DNA of 64,000 nucleotides, taken from positions 85,513,052 through 85,577,051 of the forward strand of contig NC_068988.1 in NCBI RefSeq assembly GCF_001194135.2, in the 5' to 3' direction. Shown here one piece after another: positions 41,912 to 54,764 of the stretch (positions are counted from its first letter, which is position 1; every line of letters begins with the position of its first letter). A model generated the notes under the pieces. It saw nothing but the letters and a program-made list of their open reading frames with translations. It searched no databases and was not told the origin of the DNA. The stretch comes from Octopus bimaculoides (lineage: Eukaryota). Both the position numbers and the translations under genes were made by a program.

Positions 41912-42342
41912 GAGTGAGAGAGCAGTGCATGCCATCAAAGTGACACTGGGGTAAAATATACGAAGCCCAGTATACCCATTATGACTACCCATCTGATAAG
42001 GGTACACCAGGCACATGCATCACAACCATATGTGTGCGACATGGTGATCTCATATCAAGATAAACAGTGCATAACCTTGCGGGTGGGGCCCAGTTAGAAT
42101 TTTCTTCAGGACGAGTAGCCCATCCCGCTCAAAAGGTCCCTGAATAAGGTTTGTTTAAGGATGTTCAGCAAAACACTCATGTTTCCAAATGTGAATTATT
42201 CAAACCCCAAAGAATTCCTCTCAACACATGGCTATGATGCTCCCCCACTACTTCTGCACGTGATCAGAGATGCACATATCGTCAGCCACCAAGGGACATG
42301 CTCAACTGATTAAGGTCAAAGCATGTACTGCTCTCTCACTCA
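41911..42342. mobile_element. Interspersed element bounded by 22-bp inverted ends inside mirrored (ATT)n/(AAT)n tracts
   Basis: TGAGTGAGAGAGCAGTGCATGC (41911-41932) vs GCATGTACTGCTCTCTCACTCA (42321-42342), 1 mismatch. Confidence 0.7.
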
Positions 42343-42357
42343 ATAATAATAATAATG

Positions 42358-42403
<46 letters not shown>

Positions 42404-42515
42404 TGATCACCACCACCACCACCATTTTGTCTATCACCTTGCTGATAATGCCAATTCATCTGCTTAGAAACATCAATAACAAAAACAACAGTAGCAATAG
42501 AAATAAAAAAATATT

Positions 42516-43195
42516 GTTTCTTATTTCTTTATTGCCCACAAGAGGCTAAACACAGAGGGGACAAACAAGGACAGACAAAGGGATTAAGTCGATTACATCG
42601 ACCCCAGTGCGTAACTGGTACTTAATTTATCGAACCCGAAAGGATGAAAGGCAAAGTCGACCTCGGCGGAATTTGAACTCAGAACGTAACGGCAGACGAA
42701 ATACCGCTAAGCAGTTCGCCCGGCGTGCTAATGATTCTGCCAGCTCACCGCCTTATAAAAAAAAATATTGTTTCTGCCTAGGCACAAAAGTTGAAACTTT
42801 TAGTGTGAAAGGAGTTAGTCGTTACCATCAACCGCGGCACATTACTGGTATATTATACCGACGACCCGCTACGTAGGTTAGCGCAACAAAGTATTGCAAA
42901 GCATGTTGTCAGATGCTTTAACGATTCTGTCAATCCATCGCCCTAGCATCGTCGTCATGATGACGATGATGATAATGATAATGGTTTCAGATTTTGGTAC
43001 AAGGCCAGCAATTTCTGGGGAGGGTTAAGTCGATTAAATCGACCCAGCGCTCAGCTGGTGCTTATTTGATCGACCCCGAAAAGTTGAAAGGCAAGGTCGA
43101 TTTCGGCAATATTTGAACTCTCAGAACGTGAAGATGGGCGAAATGCTGCTAAGCATTTTGCCCGGCGTGCTAAAGATTCTGACAATCCACCGCTT
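42516..43195 (-). mobile_element. SINE family A, two copies; the first (42516-42755) has the Tx1-type tail
   Basis: First copy tail (reverse complement) TTGTCTGTCCTTGTTTGTCCCCTCTGTGTTTAGCCTCTTGTGGGCAATAAAGAAAT. Second copy (42980-43195) has the CCTTGTACCAAAATCTGAAACC tail. Confidence 0.88.
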
Positions 43196-44070
43196 TAATG
43201 ATGATGATGATGATAATAATAATAATAAAGCAGGGAAAGCGAATATTCCTACCATTTGGCAAATTTGTTTTTCGTTTATTTTCTGTCTTGTGTTTTTGTT
43301 ATTGGTTTTTGTTGCCAAACTGTCTAATTATAAAGCTATCTTATTTATAACTAAAGTAAATGTCTTACATATATGAATGCCAAGAAATTTGAGTCGTTTG
43401 CGTATTCATGCTGAAGCGATGATGTTTTTGCTACAGGAATACCACTTCCCATAAATATATGTATTTATGTAAACATTAATATAGCTCAGGTCTTAAACAA
43501 GCGACAAGCGGCTCTTCATATTTGAGAGCTGCGTGCTATGCCAGAAAAACTTTTTCGAAATGCGTTGCGTTCATTTAACACCGTTCCTTATAGGACTACC
43601 AGACTCACCTGTTATTTGATACGAAAAGAGTTTGCAACTGGCGCCATCTATGTAAAAGAAACACACTGACATTATCACCATGGTGTAGGCTTCTCCATGC
43701 TCTCCTTGTAAAATTTTCCCGCTTTAAAAATCGGGGTCTCCTTTCTTGCAATGACATTTATAACAACGAATCAACAGAACCTCTAAGTGGTTGCAATACA
43801 GGTAGAAATAGCAGCTAAATCTGTCTCGAATTACATCATTACTGTCTTACATAAAAAGAAGACATTACATAATGTGGTCTTTGTTTCACTGTGCCTGGAG
43901 TAAAGGAAGGAATGATTACGGCAGGGCTGGTCTGAGGTTAGATAGTAACAGCAAAGGAATGAAACAAAAAAAAAAAAAAGAAATCTCATCTACACTTGTA
44001 CAATATAAACGATGTACCTGACACTGATCTGCATAGCAATAACAACAACAACGACGACGACGACGACGAC

Positions 44071-44104
<34 letters not shown>

Positions 44105-44105
<1 letters not shown>

Positions 44106-44770
44106 GGACATTTTATTGCCACAGGGATATCAGACGTAGGGGACATAACAAAGGCAATTTGTAATTTGTGTGGAAGTTTATATAAAAAGATGAAGGGGAG
44201 AAAAGAAAAGGGGTGGACTTGAGATTAAAAAAAAAACGTACACATAGTATACAAAATATTCAAACACATGTATGATGTTGTTTACCTAATACAGGAGAAC
44301 ATCCATTTGGAGCCAATCAAGGAACTCACACAGATCCAAGGTCACTCTGACCACCAAAAGCGTATGACCACACCCAACTGTTGTTTGCCAATCTACAGGT
44401 GCATATTTAGAGTAGCTCCATTAAACCTAACTATTTTTGCCACAGTCACCAACCTTTTGACAAATTCGCTGGAGAAGATAGCTTTCTTCTCTATGCTCAC
44501 TTTCCTTTCTAAGTAGAACTTGAAAAAGTAGATGAGGGCTTGACCAAATAGGAAGGTGTCTGTCTTTAATCCTTTTAGTTTCGTTCACCATATAACCTCT
44601 TTCGCTACAGCCACTAGATAGAGGAACACTTTCTGCCCCAAGGCAGGTGGTGAGACGATCTTAACTGATAACCGAATTCGTTCTACACTTGACTACAGCT
44701 GTTCGACCTAACTCCACAAGCCATCAATCTTCGGGCACTCAATGAGAGCATGCAGTAAGACCATTGTTAT
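44105..44770 (-). mobile_element. L1/Tx1-type LINE ORF2 C-terminus and 3' UTR
   Basis: VLLHALIECPKIDGLWS*VEQL...VFLYLVAVAKEVIW*TKLKGLKTDTFL...FFKFYLERKV...FVKRLVTVAK. Tail TTATGTCCCCT..CCCTGTGGCAATAAAA. Confidence 0.85.
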
Positions 44771-44859
44771 ATCACATTTGTTCGTTCGCTTGCTTACGTG
44801 TACTTGGTGCAAATTCAGAAAGTACTGAGACTAGCAAATTCTAAATGTAATTAAAATAT

Positions 44860-45130
44860 ATTTACCAAATTTTGTGTATTTAATAAACTGCTTGGATGTC
44901 CAGTACGGTACCCTGTTCTATTCAATGCATCATGTACTGTGAAAGAGAGGCTGTATTTCTTTTCTACGGGTGTCTAAAAGAACATGCATGCTGTATGTAT
45001 CTACTTTTAAATGTACGCCCTGTCAGGTTTCGTCTTTCAAACAACATTATAAATATAACTTTAGAAACAAGATTGCAGATATATTCAGGAAAAAAGCAAA
45101 ACAAAACAAATACAGGTAGTAAACATTTTA
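44860..45130 (-). mobile_element. Penelope-like GIY-YIG 3' fragment, inverted relative to the adjacent element
   Basis: LTGRTFKSRYIQHACSFRHP*KRNTASLSQY mirrors GLKERTFNSRFTQHACSLRKP at about 46215-46280 on the plus strand. Confidence 0.75.
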
Positions 45131-45239
45131 AGAGTGCTGTTATCGTAAAAAATTAATCCGGCTACGAATTTATTTTTATGGAAACGTAGCTCCTCCGTAA
45201 TCATCTTTATATAAACAAATAGGTAATAAATACAATTTC

Positions 45240-46400
45240 ACCAGGTTCGACAGCAAACTTACCCCAGTAAGTGATTTTGAAGCTAACATTATCATATACG
45301 TCAGGAAGTTTTCACAATTTGTTTACAACAGTGTTGGGTCAAATGTAATGATGACGAGGTATTTGATGTGGTTATGGGTTAATAAGATGGTGTGAAACTT
45401 GTGGGCAAGTGATATTTTATATTTTAAGCATTCTTTGGACAAAATTCCATCTCAAACATTCCTACTTTCACAGAGATGACGGCCAGGTAATTTCCCGCTA
45501 CACGAACGACAATCAGCTTCATAAGCTTGGAAAAGACCGTATTAATACATCTAAAAAGTTTAGATTAAGAATAACTATTGCCAACATTAATGTAGTAAAT
45601 TTTTTTTAAATATTACATTAGACGTAAACACGTGTAATCATAGATATCACGAGAAACCAAATAAAAATTTGGTACACATTAGTAAGTCTGCCAGTCATAT
45701 TTCAATAGTCTTGAAGAATTTAGTGAATAATATTAGCCGTCGTATTTCTCGTGTTTACTAAGCTGAAATGATTAACCGTGCATCACCTATTATAACAAGT
45801 CCTTGAAATTCACAACATATATTGTATTTCTACGAGGAAATACAATATATGTCAGTTCATAACATGTTGCAAATCCATAAAATACCGCGAAAGCGTATCA
45901 TCAACTAGTTTATAGACTGGGAGTGGAATCCAAAAATCTCCTTGAGCCTAATACAGAGGCAGTTTCCAATAGGTTACAAGTGTCGGAAAACATGTGACAA
46001 GAACTCCAGGAAAGTTAGTTGTGGTTCTACTAACAATATGAAGTGTTTGATTCCTAACATAAACAGAAGATATTACAATAACAACCTTTCGTTATCTGAC
46101 CAACTTCAATGTAATTGTATCAACAACAACTCATGTCCACTTGACTACAAGCTTCATCAAAGAGTTGATATACTAAAGTGAAGTTGACAAACTAAATGAG
46201 AAAATATATTTTGGTTTAAAAGAACGTACCTTTAATAGCAGATTCACACAACACGCATGTTCTTTGAGGAAGCCGGAGTAAAATAACCACCTCCCTTCGA
46301 CTATACATCGGGAAATCGAAAGATTAAAATACCACAGACAGTAAGATATTGTAATAAATTGTAGAATTTGCCAAACTATATTCTGAGGATTTGAATTGTA
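45240..46400 (+). mobile_element. Penelope-like element: RT C-half plus GIY-YIG endonuclease, decayed
   Basis: FDVVMG..DG.ETCGQVIFYILS, FHRDDGQ, VVNF.NITLDV, FLSLIQRQFP, CNCINNNSCPLD and YFGLKERTF. Confidence 0.85.
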
Positions 46401-47153
46401 CTGCATATGTACCGGTGAAAAATTCTTCATACTGACATCTCCTTTCAACTTGTTGAATTCTAGGCATGAAATATCTTCGAAACGTAATCACCAAAATATG
46501 ATTATTTTACGGAAGTTTATTCTACCTAGAGGTGAAATATATTGCAATTTTATAGGTGGAATTTCTTTGAAATTATTTTTCCTTTTCTTTTTCCAAGCTC
46601 TTTGAAGTTTTATAAATATCTTTTCTTGTGAGTTCTCTTTTCTAACCTACATGTTGAATCAAAAGCTCTCTAGTAGCTAAGTGTTTTTCAAAGATATATC
46701 ACAGAAGGATGAAAACTATTAATAAGTCGGCTTCTTTTTTTTTTCTCTCATAACTGGAAAAAAAAAACCACTCGAATCTGGCTACTGAATCTTGTATATC
46801 TTTTTATATTATTAATATTTTATGTTATTTTATTTATTGAAGCACAGATCAGTAGTTTTCCCAGCACTATCAATATATGTCTCTATCTTGCCATTTTGCT
46901 TGGTTTCCCTTCTCTTCGTCTGTATATTACTGTAACTTATTTTCTGTTTCTTCTTTTTTCAGATACTTCTTTCTCTTCCCTAAATTTTTCTCACTTTATT
47001 CAGCCAATTACTTACATAACCTTGCGTTTTCTTATTCGCTTTCTCCCTTCTCCCTAATAAGCATACCCTTTTTCAATGTTTACTTCTTTCATGCTTCTTT
47101 CTCATTTCATTCAGTCAGTTCTCTATCCCCTCCCTCATTCATATATATATATA

Positions 47154-47193
<40 letters not shown>

Positions 47194-47379
47194 TATGTGT
47201 GTGTGTGTGCGTGGTGGAGTATATGTATACATGTATGTATGTATCATCATCATCATCATCATCCTTCTCTTTACTCCCTATTTCATTCTATCTTCTTCAG
47301 CCTATGCCTTGGTGTCTGACAGTTTTCTTACTCAACCATTAATATCTAAATATCTTCTCAACCGTTAAATATTCCTAAA

Positions 47380-49380
47380 TGTTAGAATCTTAGGATATAT
47401 AGGCCTTGTTTTGACCACTTTTACAAAATACAACGTTGTGAATAGGAAGAGGTAGATGTAGTAGTTGTGCATGTCCGTAGGGATGGACACAATATGGGTG
47501 ACAAAAGGAAAAGAGACAGGCGTGTTGGAGTGCCTACGCATGGAGGTGACAGAAGACCAGTTGCTATTGTAGTACAAAAAAAAAAAAGACAAGGTCAAAG
47601 AAAGAAATCATATCTATTGGTCAGAGATTAGTGTGATACAGCGAGTTATCTGATGGTAATCAATCAAGTGGATTTTCTTTCACTGCCGTCTAGGGTGGCT
47701 GAGTATATAACACTAAAACCACCATCCAGTATATGAGAACAATACCCTATTGTGGATCTCACCTGTGTCTTGTCGAGAGAGAATTAGCAGATGTTAGAGG
47801 AAGGAATATGTTCTGGCTTTAAAGAGGTGTTCTGTCTTTGTGGTGAGTCTTTGCTGTGCTGAGGATGCGCGTTTGCCAAGGGGAAAATTCAGAGATGGGG
47901 GGACCTAAGGGTTGTAGCGATAATAAAACCTCTTTTTGCGTATCATTCTTATTAGAAGGTGGAATTCGATAATTTTTTCTTGATATGCATAGTGATTGTG
48001 TATTTGTGCTGTTGAAGGGAGACGAGATCAGAATGGTTCCATAGGAAGATGCTTTTCGGTGTCTCTGTTCATAGAGTCAGTGCAGGTCTGGCTTCAGATA
48101 ACAAGCTTACATATAGACTGCGTGTGCAATATTACAAAGTAATGAAGGGTGATATCATTTTTTAAGACTGGGATCAATGAAGGTGACAACGGGTAATCCG
48201 TTGATGTACAGGAGAAAGAGTGTGGCAGACAAAACTGAACTTAGTGGGCACACCATATTTTACAGCGTACTGGTTAGTGAATAACCTCCACCAACACACG
48301 TTGTGACGGTGCAATTTAATAGGGGCCCATCGGTCAAAGACGCGAGACGAGTGGTGCCCATAGGCGAGCTGCTTTACAAAATAATTTGCGAATCATACAT
48401 CGCAGAAAGTTTTAATAGTGTCGAAGGTAGCAGCATTTCATCACTTTGTAGCAGCATTTCATCACTTTGTAGCAGCACCAAGAATTTTAATTAAAAGTTA
48501 AGTTATATTTATTGTACGCATGCCACATTTTATATTACCCAATGTGGCAAAAATATACTTCCAAAATTATCTGTAACATGACAGATAACAGTCTAGTTAA
48601 GTACTGTAATAGTTATTATTAATACGAAATAAATTCAAATGTTGAATAATTATGGAGAAGAGAAGTTAATTTTGAGTTTCGATATTCTGAGTCAAACATT
48701 AGTAATATACTACATAACTAATATATAAGGTTTAATATTAGTTTTATACTAAATTGACAGAATAGCAGAGAGATAAATGTAGAAATTTAATGTAACTCTT
48801 ATAGATGGATATGCTGTTGAGCCATCTAATGTGACTCTACTCTGTCATTTGACAGGAACATGGTATAAAGAAATACATGGAACAAGATGGTAACTTTAAA
48901 TGTCTTTAATGCCGGCCACACGTATATATATAGACAAGTTGAATGATAAATGGAAGTGGTTGATGGACATTTATTCATATATCTACATGGATCTGCGTGG
49001 GTTGTATGTTTGCTGTTAACCCTGGTGAGGAACTCATGAACAGCGATATATTAGAACTTGTGCAGTGGTGTAGGTGCTGTGTAGATGTTGTTGAGGACGT
49101 TATGGAGAGACATGATGGTGACAACGAAGATGGATGTCGCTGTAATGTGGTCAGTGGTTAGACCTTAGAAGGTCTGGAACCATCAGACTCTAATAATAGG
49201 AGGCGGTGAGCTTTTATAGCCAACGGCAGCTTCAAATGGAGTTTAGAACAGACTGTCTCACGTGATTCATTTGGAGGTTGCGATTGGTTGGGTTGCATAT
49301 TGGCGCATGATAGAGTAAGAGACAAATCAGACTGGTAGACACAACGGGGTCCAAAACAGCGCCCAGTGGTTAGCTGTTAT
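47380..49380 (-). mobile_element. Fragmented CR1/Jockey-group LINE ORF2
   Basis: Frameshifted GVP.GSVLSATLFLLYINGL near 48200-48260, pre-RT tether remnants at 48960-49250 and a 3' end remnant at 47380-47600. Confidence 0.6.
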
Positions 49381-50134
49381 CTGCTACGTTCGTATGTATG
49401 TATATATAATAGAGAAAGTTCACTACACTCTTTTGGTTGAAATCGTTACTTTATTCTCTAGTGAACATTTTAAAATATCGAATTTAGCTTGAAATAATCA
49501 GATCTTTATTGTAAAGATGCGATAATCAAATTTAGCTTTAAATCTTACTGCAAAGTTTAGAAATTTAAAAGAAATCAAAGCGAGTAACTTCGGGCTTCTA
49601 TAGTAGTAAGTTCTGATATAGTGAGTATGGTAAGTGGATGTCAGCATAAGTAAGGCGTGGAACTTAAGAAAAAGCTGCTCGAGTATAAATAATAAACAGC
49701 GAAAGAAAAAAATTAGTTGATGACTAACATTATTCTCTTTTGTTTTACTGACAAATATGAACGCTATCGGTGTAAATGTAGTTTCGGCGTAACACGTGGA
49801 AGTGGCAGTGAAAGAAATTGCTTAGGAAATATATAGAAATGTATTTACGTTGGATTAAAAAAATAGAATTGTTTGGAAATTAAATAATTCTGAGACGCCA
49901 GTTGCCTGATAAACAATAGGTAAGTAGGTTTCGGCATATCTAATCCGTGGAGCATTATGAAACAAAAATAGAATAATAGATGAATGGCTGGAAGTTTTCT
50001 CGGTAGTAACTTCCAGCTTGGAAAAAAAATCAGTGAAAAGTAAGCGGGAATCTACTGTTGACGAAAAGGAAGGCGAAGCAATCATTATATACATTTATAT
50101 ATATATATATTACTCTATAACGAATCAACACACG

Positions 50135-50256
<122 letters not shown>

Positions 50257-50331
50257 CTCTCTCTGTTTCTGTTATTCTCTCTCATCTCTATATATATACA
50301 TATGTACACATATATGCATACAAGTCGGCGA

Positions 50332-50553
50332 GCTGGCAGAAACGTTAGCGCGCCGGGCGAAATGCTTAGCGGTATTTCGTCTACCGCTACGTTCTGAGTT
50401 CAAATTCCGCCGAGGTCGACTCTGCTTTCATCTTTTCGGGGTCGATTAAATATGTACCAGTTACGCACTGGGTCGGTATAATCGACTTAATCCGTTTGTC
50501 TGTCCTTGTTTGTCCCCTCTGTGCGTAGCCCCTTGTGGGTAGTAAAGAGATAA
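50332..50553 (+). mobile_element. SINE family A with Tx1-type tail
   Basis: GGCGAGCTGGCAGAAACGTTAGC...GAGTTCAAATTCCGCC...TTGTCTGTCCTTGTTTGTCCCCTCTGTGCGTAGCCCCTTGTGGGTAGTAAAGAGA. Confidence 0.9.
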
Positions 50554-50640
50554 CACATATATGCATACGTACTTATATATGGTTTTATTTACAAACGAAA
50601 GGAATATAGAATTTATTTTTATTAAGATTCAATTCATGAT

Positions 50641-50700
50641 TACTCAGAGTTATTTACTCAGAGTTTCGCATTACGTGCGCTCATTCAGGCAACTATGAAC
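50641..50700 (-). ncRNA. Candidate minimal type I hammerhead ribozyme at a Penelope 3' end (degenerate)
   Basis: CTGAATGA-GCGCACGTAATGC-GAA-ACTCTGAGT-A: core with a 1-nt insertion, short stem II, near-palindromic stem III and GUA cleavage triplet. Confidence 0.45.
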
Positions 50701-50879
50701 TCAAATTAAATGAACTGTGAAGAAATATGTTGAATAGCACACTGATTAAGCAGATTTTTTTTAGTGGACAGTGTTCAGGTGGTAACCTGTTTTGAAGTCT
50801 TTCAGATTATTACAGCTGTCGGTTTTAGCTACGGTTGTGTAGAAGAGAGCTCTCAGATTTAACATGTGGGTTTTAACAT

Positions 50880-51900
50880 TGTCGGGGACAGCTACTTAAT
50901 GAGGATTATAGTGTGTCGGCTTTGATGACTAAGAAAGTTCAACGGATACTTCGGTCGGATGGAAATTCTCTATCCGGGACGACAAATGTATGGTAACTTG
51001 GAGCTTTTATTAAGTTATAGGCTTCATTTTATTATATGGCATAGCTCTGTCCACGACAGTGCCCGTTATTGTAGTATATTATCTGTCGTGCCTTAATTTC
51101 CAAGTAAATTTGAACAAGATAGTGGAATTCCCCTTGTCTCTCAACTTAAATGTGTTTGAATGCAAGTTATATTAGCTTTTAAAGGTGTCTGCTGTTGATC
51201 CCGCGCAAATCCTTTCATTATTGCCCGAGTGAGTTATGGCCGCTTTATATGGTACCACTGTGGAGAAACACGACTCTAAATAGGTAGATTAAAGGATTTC
51301 TCTAGTTACAAGTTGGTTGTTTGTTTAGAGATGTCTGGATGTATACCGGGGTGGGAAACGTCTTAAGTGTCACGTGATATCGAGAAAACAATGTTGTCCA
51401 AAAAAATGTATTGCTGTTAAAAAGTTGTATCTGTGCGTGTGGAAGAACCGTTGCTTTACAGAAATTGAACCAAATTACCTTCCACTTGTTGGTTCTGTTG
51501 CTGATGTGTATACATGTATGTGTAAGTGAGTGGGGGGGGATATTTTGTAGACAAGTCTCTTGATAAAGCCATTCCATCCTAGTGTGTCGTTGTAATAGAG
51601 GATGGGCCAGTTCAAAATGTCCGAGAATAAGTCTCAATCTCTTCTACTAAAACTGCCCACAAGATTCTTTCATGAGGCTGAGGAGTAAGAGTGGAATTCT
51701 TGTGTTTGTATGCGGTTTTCATCGCTTGGATTTTCTGAAGCAGTGATTGCTTCTGGTTAAATGCAGAGTAATGTCTAAAACGTTAACTATCAATGGGTTG
51801 GAGTTAATTATAATATTCAAATGATTTTCTATTAATATCAGGACTTTTCTAAATTTATTCATAGCGTAGTTGTCTATGTGGAGTAAACTGCCTCACCCTT
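50880..51900 (-). mobile_element. Penelope-like element 3' part (linker plus GIY-YIG)
   Basis: KWKVIWFN (cf. RKIIWFNPP), AGSTADTFK...NSTILFKFTWKLR...VVDRAMPYN. Confidence 0.75.
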
Positions 51901-53699
51901 TGCCTTTGCACAGGCAGCAGCTCTTGAGTGTGTGTAAAATGAACAGTCCAGTGAGAACGAGCACTTTTATTCCGTTGTTGCTACTCAGGATGTTGATCAA
52001 TGAGTCACCCTCCTTTTTGACTTAGCAGAAATCGACTACTCTTTCCATCATCGAAATAACTAAAGCCAGCAACAACATTTATCTATAAAGCTGCAAAATA
52101 AGCTATTACCTAACCGTTTTCGATAATAAAAAATTGGTTTAACCAGGATTCTGCGGACACTTCTGCGGACACTTCTTTCCTTTCATTTCTTTTAAATTTT
52201 CCTGAACGAGTGAACGTAGCGCGAAACTCTGAATTTCAACAGCGTTTAATAATCACCTGATCCCTCAAATTCGTATGTATGTATGTATGTATGTGTGTAG
52301 TGCACAGTAGATTTTGAGCCGTGCACCATTCACTCAAGTGTGACCGAATAGTAATAGAATGAATAATGTCATTTCTCACTTGGATACACAGCCTCAGATT
52401 TAGAGGTGTGATGCAGTTAATTAAATCTTCTTAATACTTAGCTGGTTCTTTATTGTATCAACTTCAAAAAGATAAAAAGGAAAATTGGTCATTATGGAAT
52501 TTGAACTTACAGAATAAAGCTACGTAAGCAACTATCGCAAGATATTTAATCCACCGTTGCCATCAATTTATCAATGCCAACTCACTCCTCGTTGCTACTA
52601 ACGACACTCAATCACTCACCATTTTCAGATACACTCTATAACCGCAGACTTGCAGATCCGCTGTTTCTTTTGTCTGTTGCTTTTACTGAAGCCACAAAAG
52701 GTTTTGCAGATCTGAATTACTGAACAGCAGTATATCTTTTCGAAGGCCTATCCAGTGTATTCATTTCTTCTGCTCTCTTGATCCTGATTACATTCATCAC
52801 CACATCTAAGAATAATGTATCTACGACTACATTATCCAAAGTAACTTTTTATTAAATCGGCAGGGCTATTTCTAGCAAGGCAAGCCACCACTAAGAGGTT
52901 CCCACGTTGGTTCGTACGTATTATTCGAGCTAAAGTTGATTTGTTTAAAGAATTAATCACTGTACATCATATTGAAATCGTTCTTATTTGAAATTAATCG
53001 ATATAAATACCGCCAGTTCATTAAAAACCTTAATCTAACCACTGGAGGGGAATAGAAATAATAATAATAATAATAATAATAATAAACACAAGAGATTTAT
53101 TCTCATGACATTCTACTCATAGTTAAATTGTCAGGTCTCTGGAGAACATCGCTTTTGTATCAAACGTTTACCCGTTGGGAATTTTAATTCCAACTCTTCT
53201 ACAATGTCAGATATTTTATAAATGAATGAAACAAACAAACGAACGGTGAAATAGAAGACACAATCTGTCATGTAGTTAATTACGTTCCCCTGACGTTGTG
53301 TGTTCAAAATCATGTTACTGTGATCGAAATTTCCTTCTAGTTCCCCGGCATTGATAAATACAATACCAATCGTACATACACATATAGATTTTACAGTCGA
53401 ATCGATGCGACTTACAGAATATAACTGGTATATGTTTTGTTGAAAGTGGAAGGATAACAGGCAACGTCGACCTAGTTGAGAACGAAATTAAATACTGTTA
53501 GATATATTTTTTCTCTGACTCTCTGGCGCTCTGCCGAGTCTGCTATCAACCCATCCTTAATGGTAGGCACAAGGTTAAACTTTTTGGCTTACAGTCTATT
53601 CATTAGACACAACTTGACTTATCCGCCCGCGAGATAAAGGGACATAACTAAATACACTGTAGCAGCAAAACTTTTAATCCAGCAGTCTACAGTTTCTAT

Positions 53700-54110
53700 C
53701 GTCCAATTTGATAATTTCTAACATTGGCGGAAAACCAGAAGTTTTTGAGGGGTGGGTGTTAGTCGGTACCATTGAACCCAGTTATCGACTGGTACTTTAT
53801 TTTATCTACCTCAGAGAGATGAAAGGTAAAGTTGACTCCAACAGGATTTGCAGTCAGAACGTGGAAGCTCAAATATTCTTCCCGGGCCATACGCTCATAA
53901 GGTCGATTTCTCGGATTCTGTGACGTGCATAATTTCCCTCCTGAACGGGACGCAGTCATTGCAGGATTACTCAGTTTTGCCAGCTGAGTGGACTGGAGTG
54001 ATGTGAAACGAAGTGTTTTGCTCAAGAACACAACATATCCCCCGGTCCAGAAATCGAAACCATAATCTTATGATCATGAGTGCAACACCCTAACCACTAA
54101 GCCACGAAGC
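53700..54110 (-). mobile_element. SINE family A (53700-53900) followed by CORE-type family B (53935-54110)
   Basis: Family motifs as above. The family B copy reads CAGCTGAGTGGACTGGAG..TGCTCAAGAACACAAC..GAAATCGAAACC..CCTAACCACTAAGCC. Confidence 0.75.
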
Positions 54111-54416
54111 TCAAAGCGTAGAACACAGACAGCCAGATGAAATTCCGGTGCTTTGTTATTCTGCTTGTTCAAGCAAACCAAAACCATAGATTCGTAAGCG
54201 GGTAGCCCAGTGGACTAAATCAAGATTAATGTTTCATATAAACACCGGAAGGCAACAAGTTGGTAGAATTGTTGAAGAATTGTAAGTTCAAATCCTGTCG
54301 GGGTCAACTGAGTTTTATCTTCCGGGTTTGCTAAAAAAAAGTAACTGTCATGTATTGGGGTTGAAAGTATCGACTAACCCCAGCTCCTTAAAATTACTGG
54401 TTATGTGTCTAAATTA

Positions 54417-54635
54417 CGAGTGGGTGCTGAAAAGTTCCTCGTTTGGGGTAAAAGAAAACACAGAAGGATCAGTTAATTATAATTTTATTCAACATATACC
54501 TCTCACAGCTTCACACACTTATTGCAACAGTCTTCCATTTTTTCTCCAAGCCTCGTAAAGGAACTCGGAAGGTTGGGCCTCCAACCAGGCTTTTCGCGAT
54601 ACACTTAAAGCCAAGAACTTTTCAGCACCCCCTCA
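54417..54635. mobile_element. Mariner-type MITE with TA TSD
   Basis: TA|CGAGTGGGTGCTGAAAAGTTC ... GAACTTTTCAGCACCCCCTCA|TA; TIRs about 21 bp with 2 mismatches. Confidence 0.85.
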
Positions 54636-54764
54636 TAAAAACCATTTATTTCTGGATTTTTTTTACATTTTGAGTTTTAACTTTCATCCTTTCGGGGTAC
54701 CAGTCAGGTACTGAACCCGAAAATATCGAGTAACCCACTGCCTTCCAAATTAACTCCCTGTACC

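Noticed and set aside
49180-49330. Promoter-like cluster on the minus strand (two CCAAT, CACGTG, GGCTATAAAAG)
   Set aside because: It lies in what appears to be degraded CR1-like ORF2 sequence collinear with the RT at 48200; the motifs are probably coincidental.
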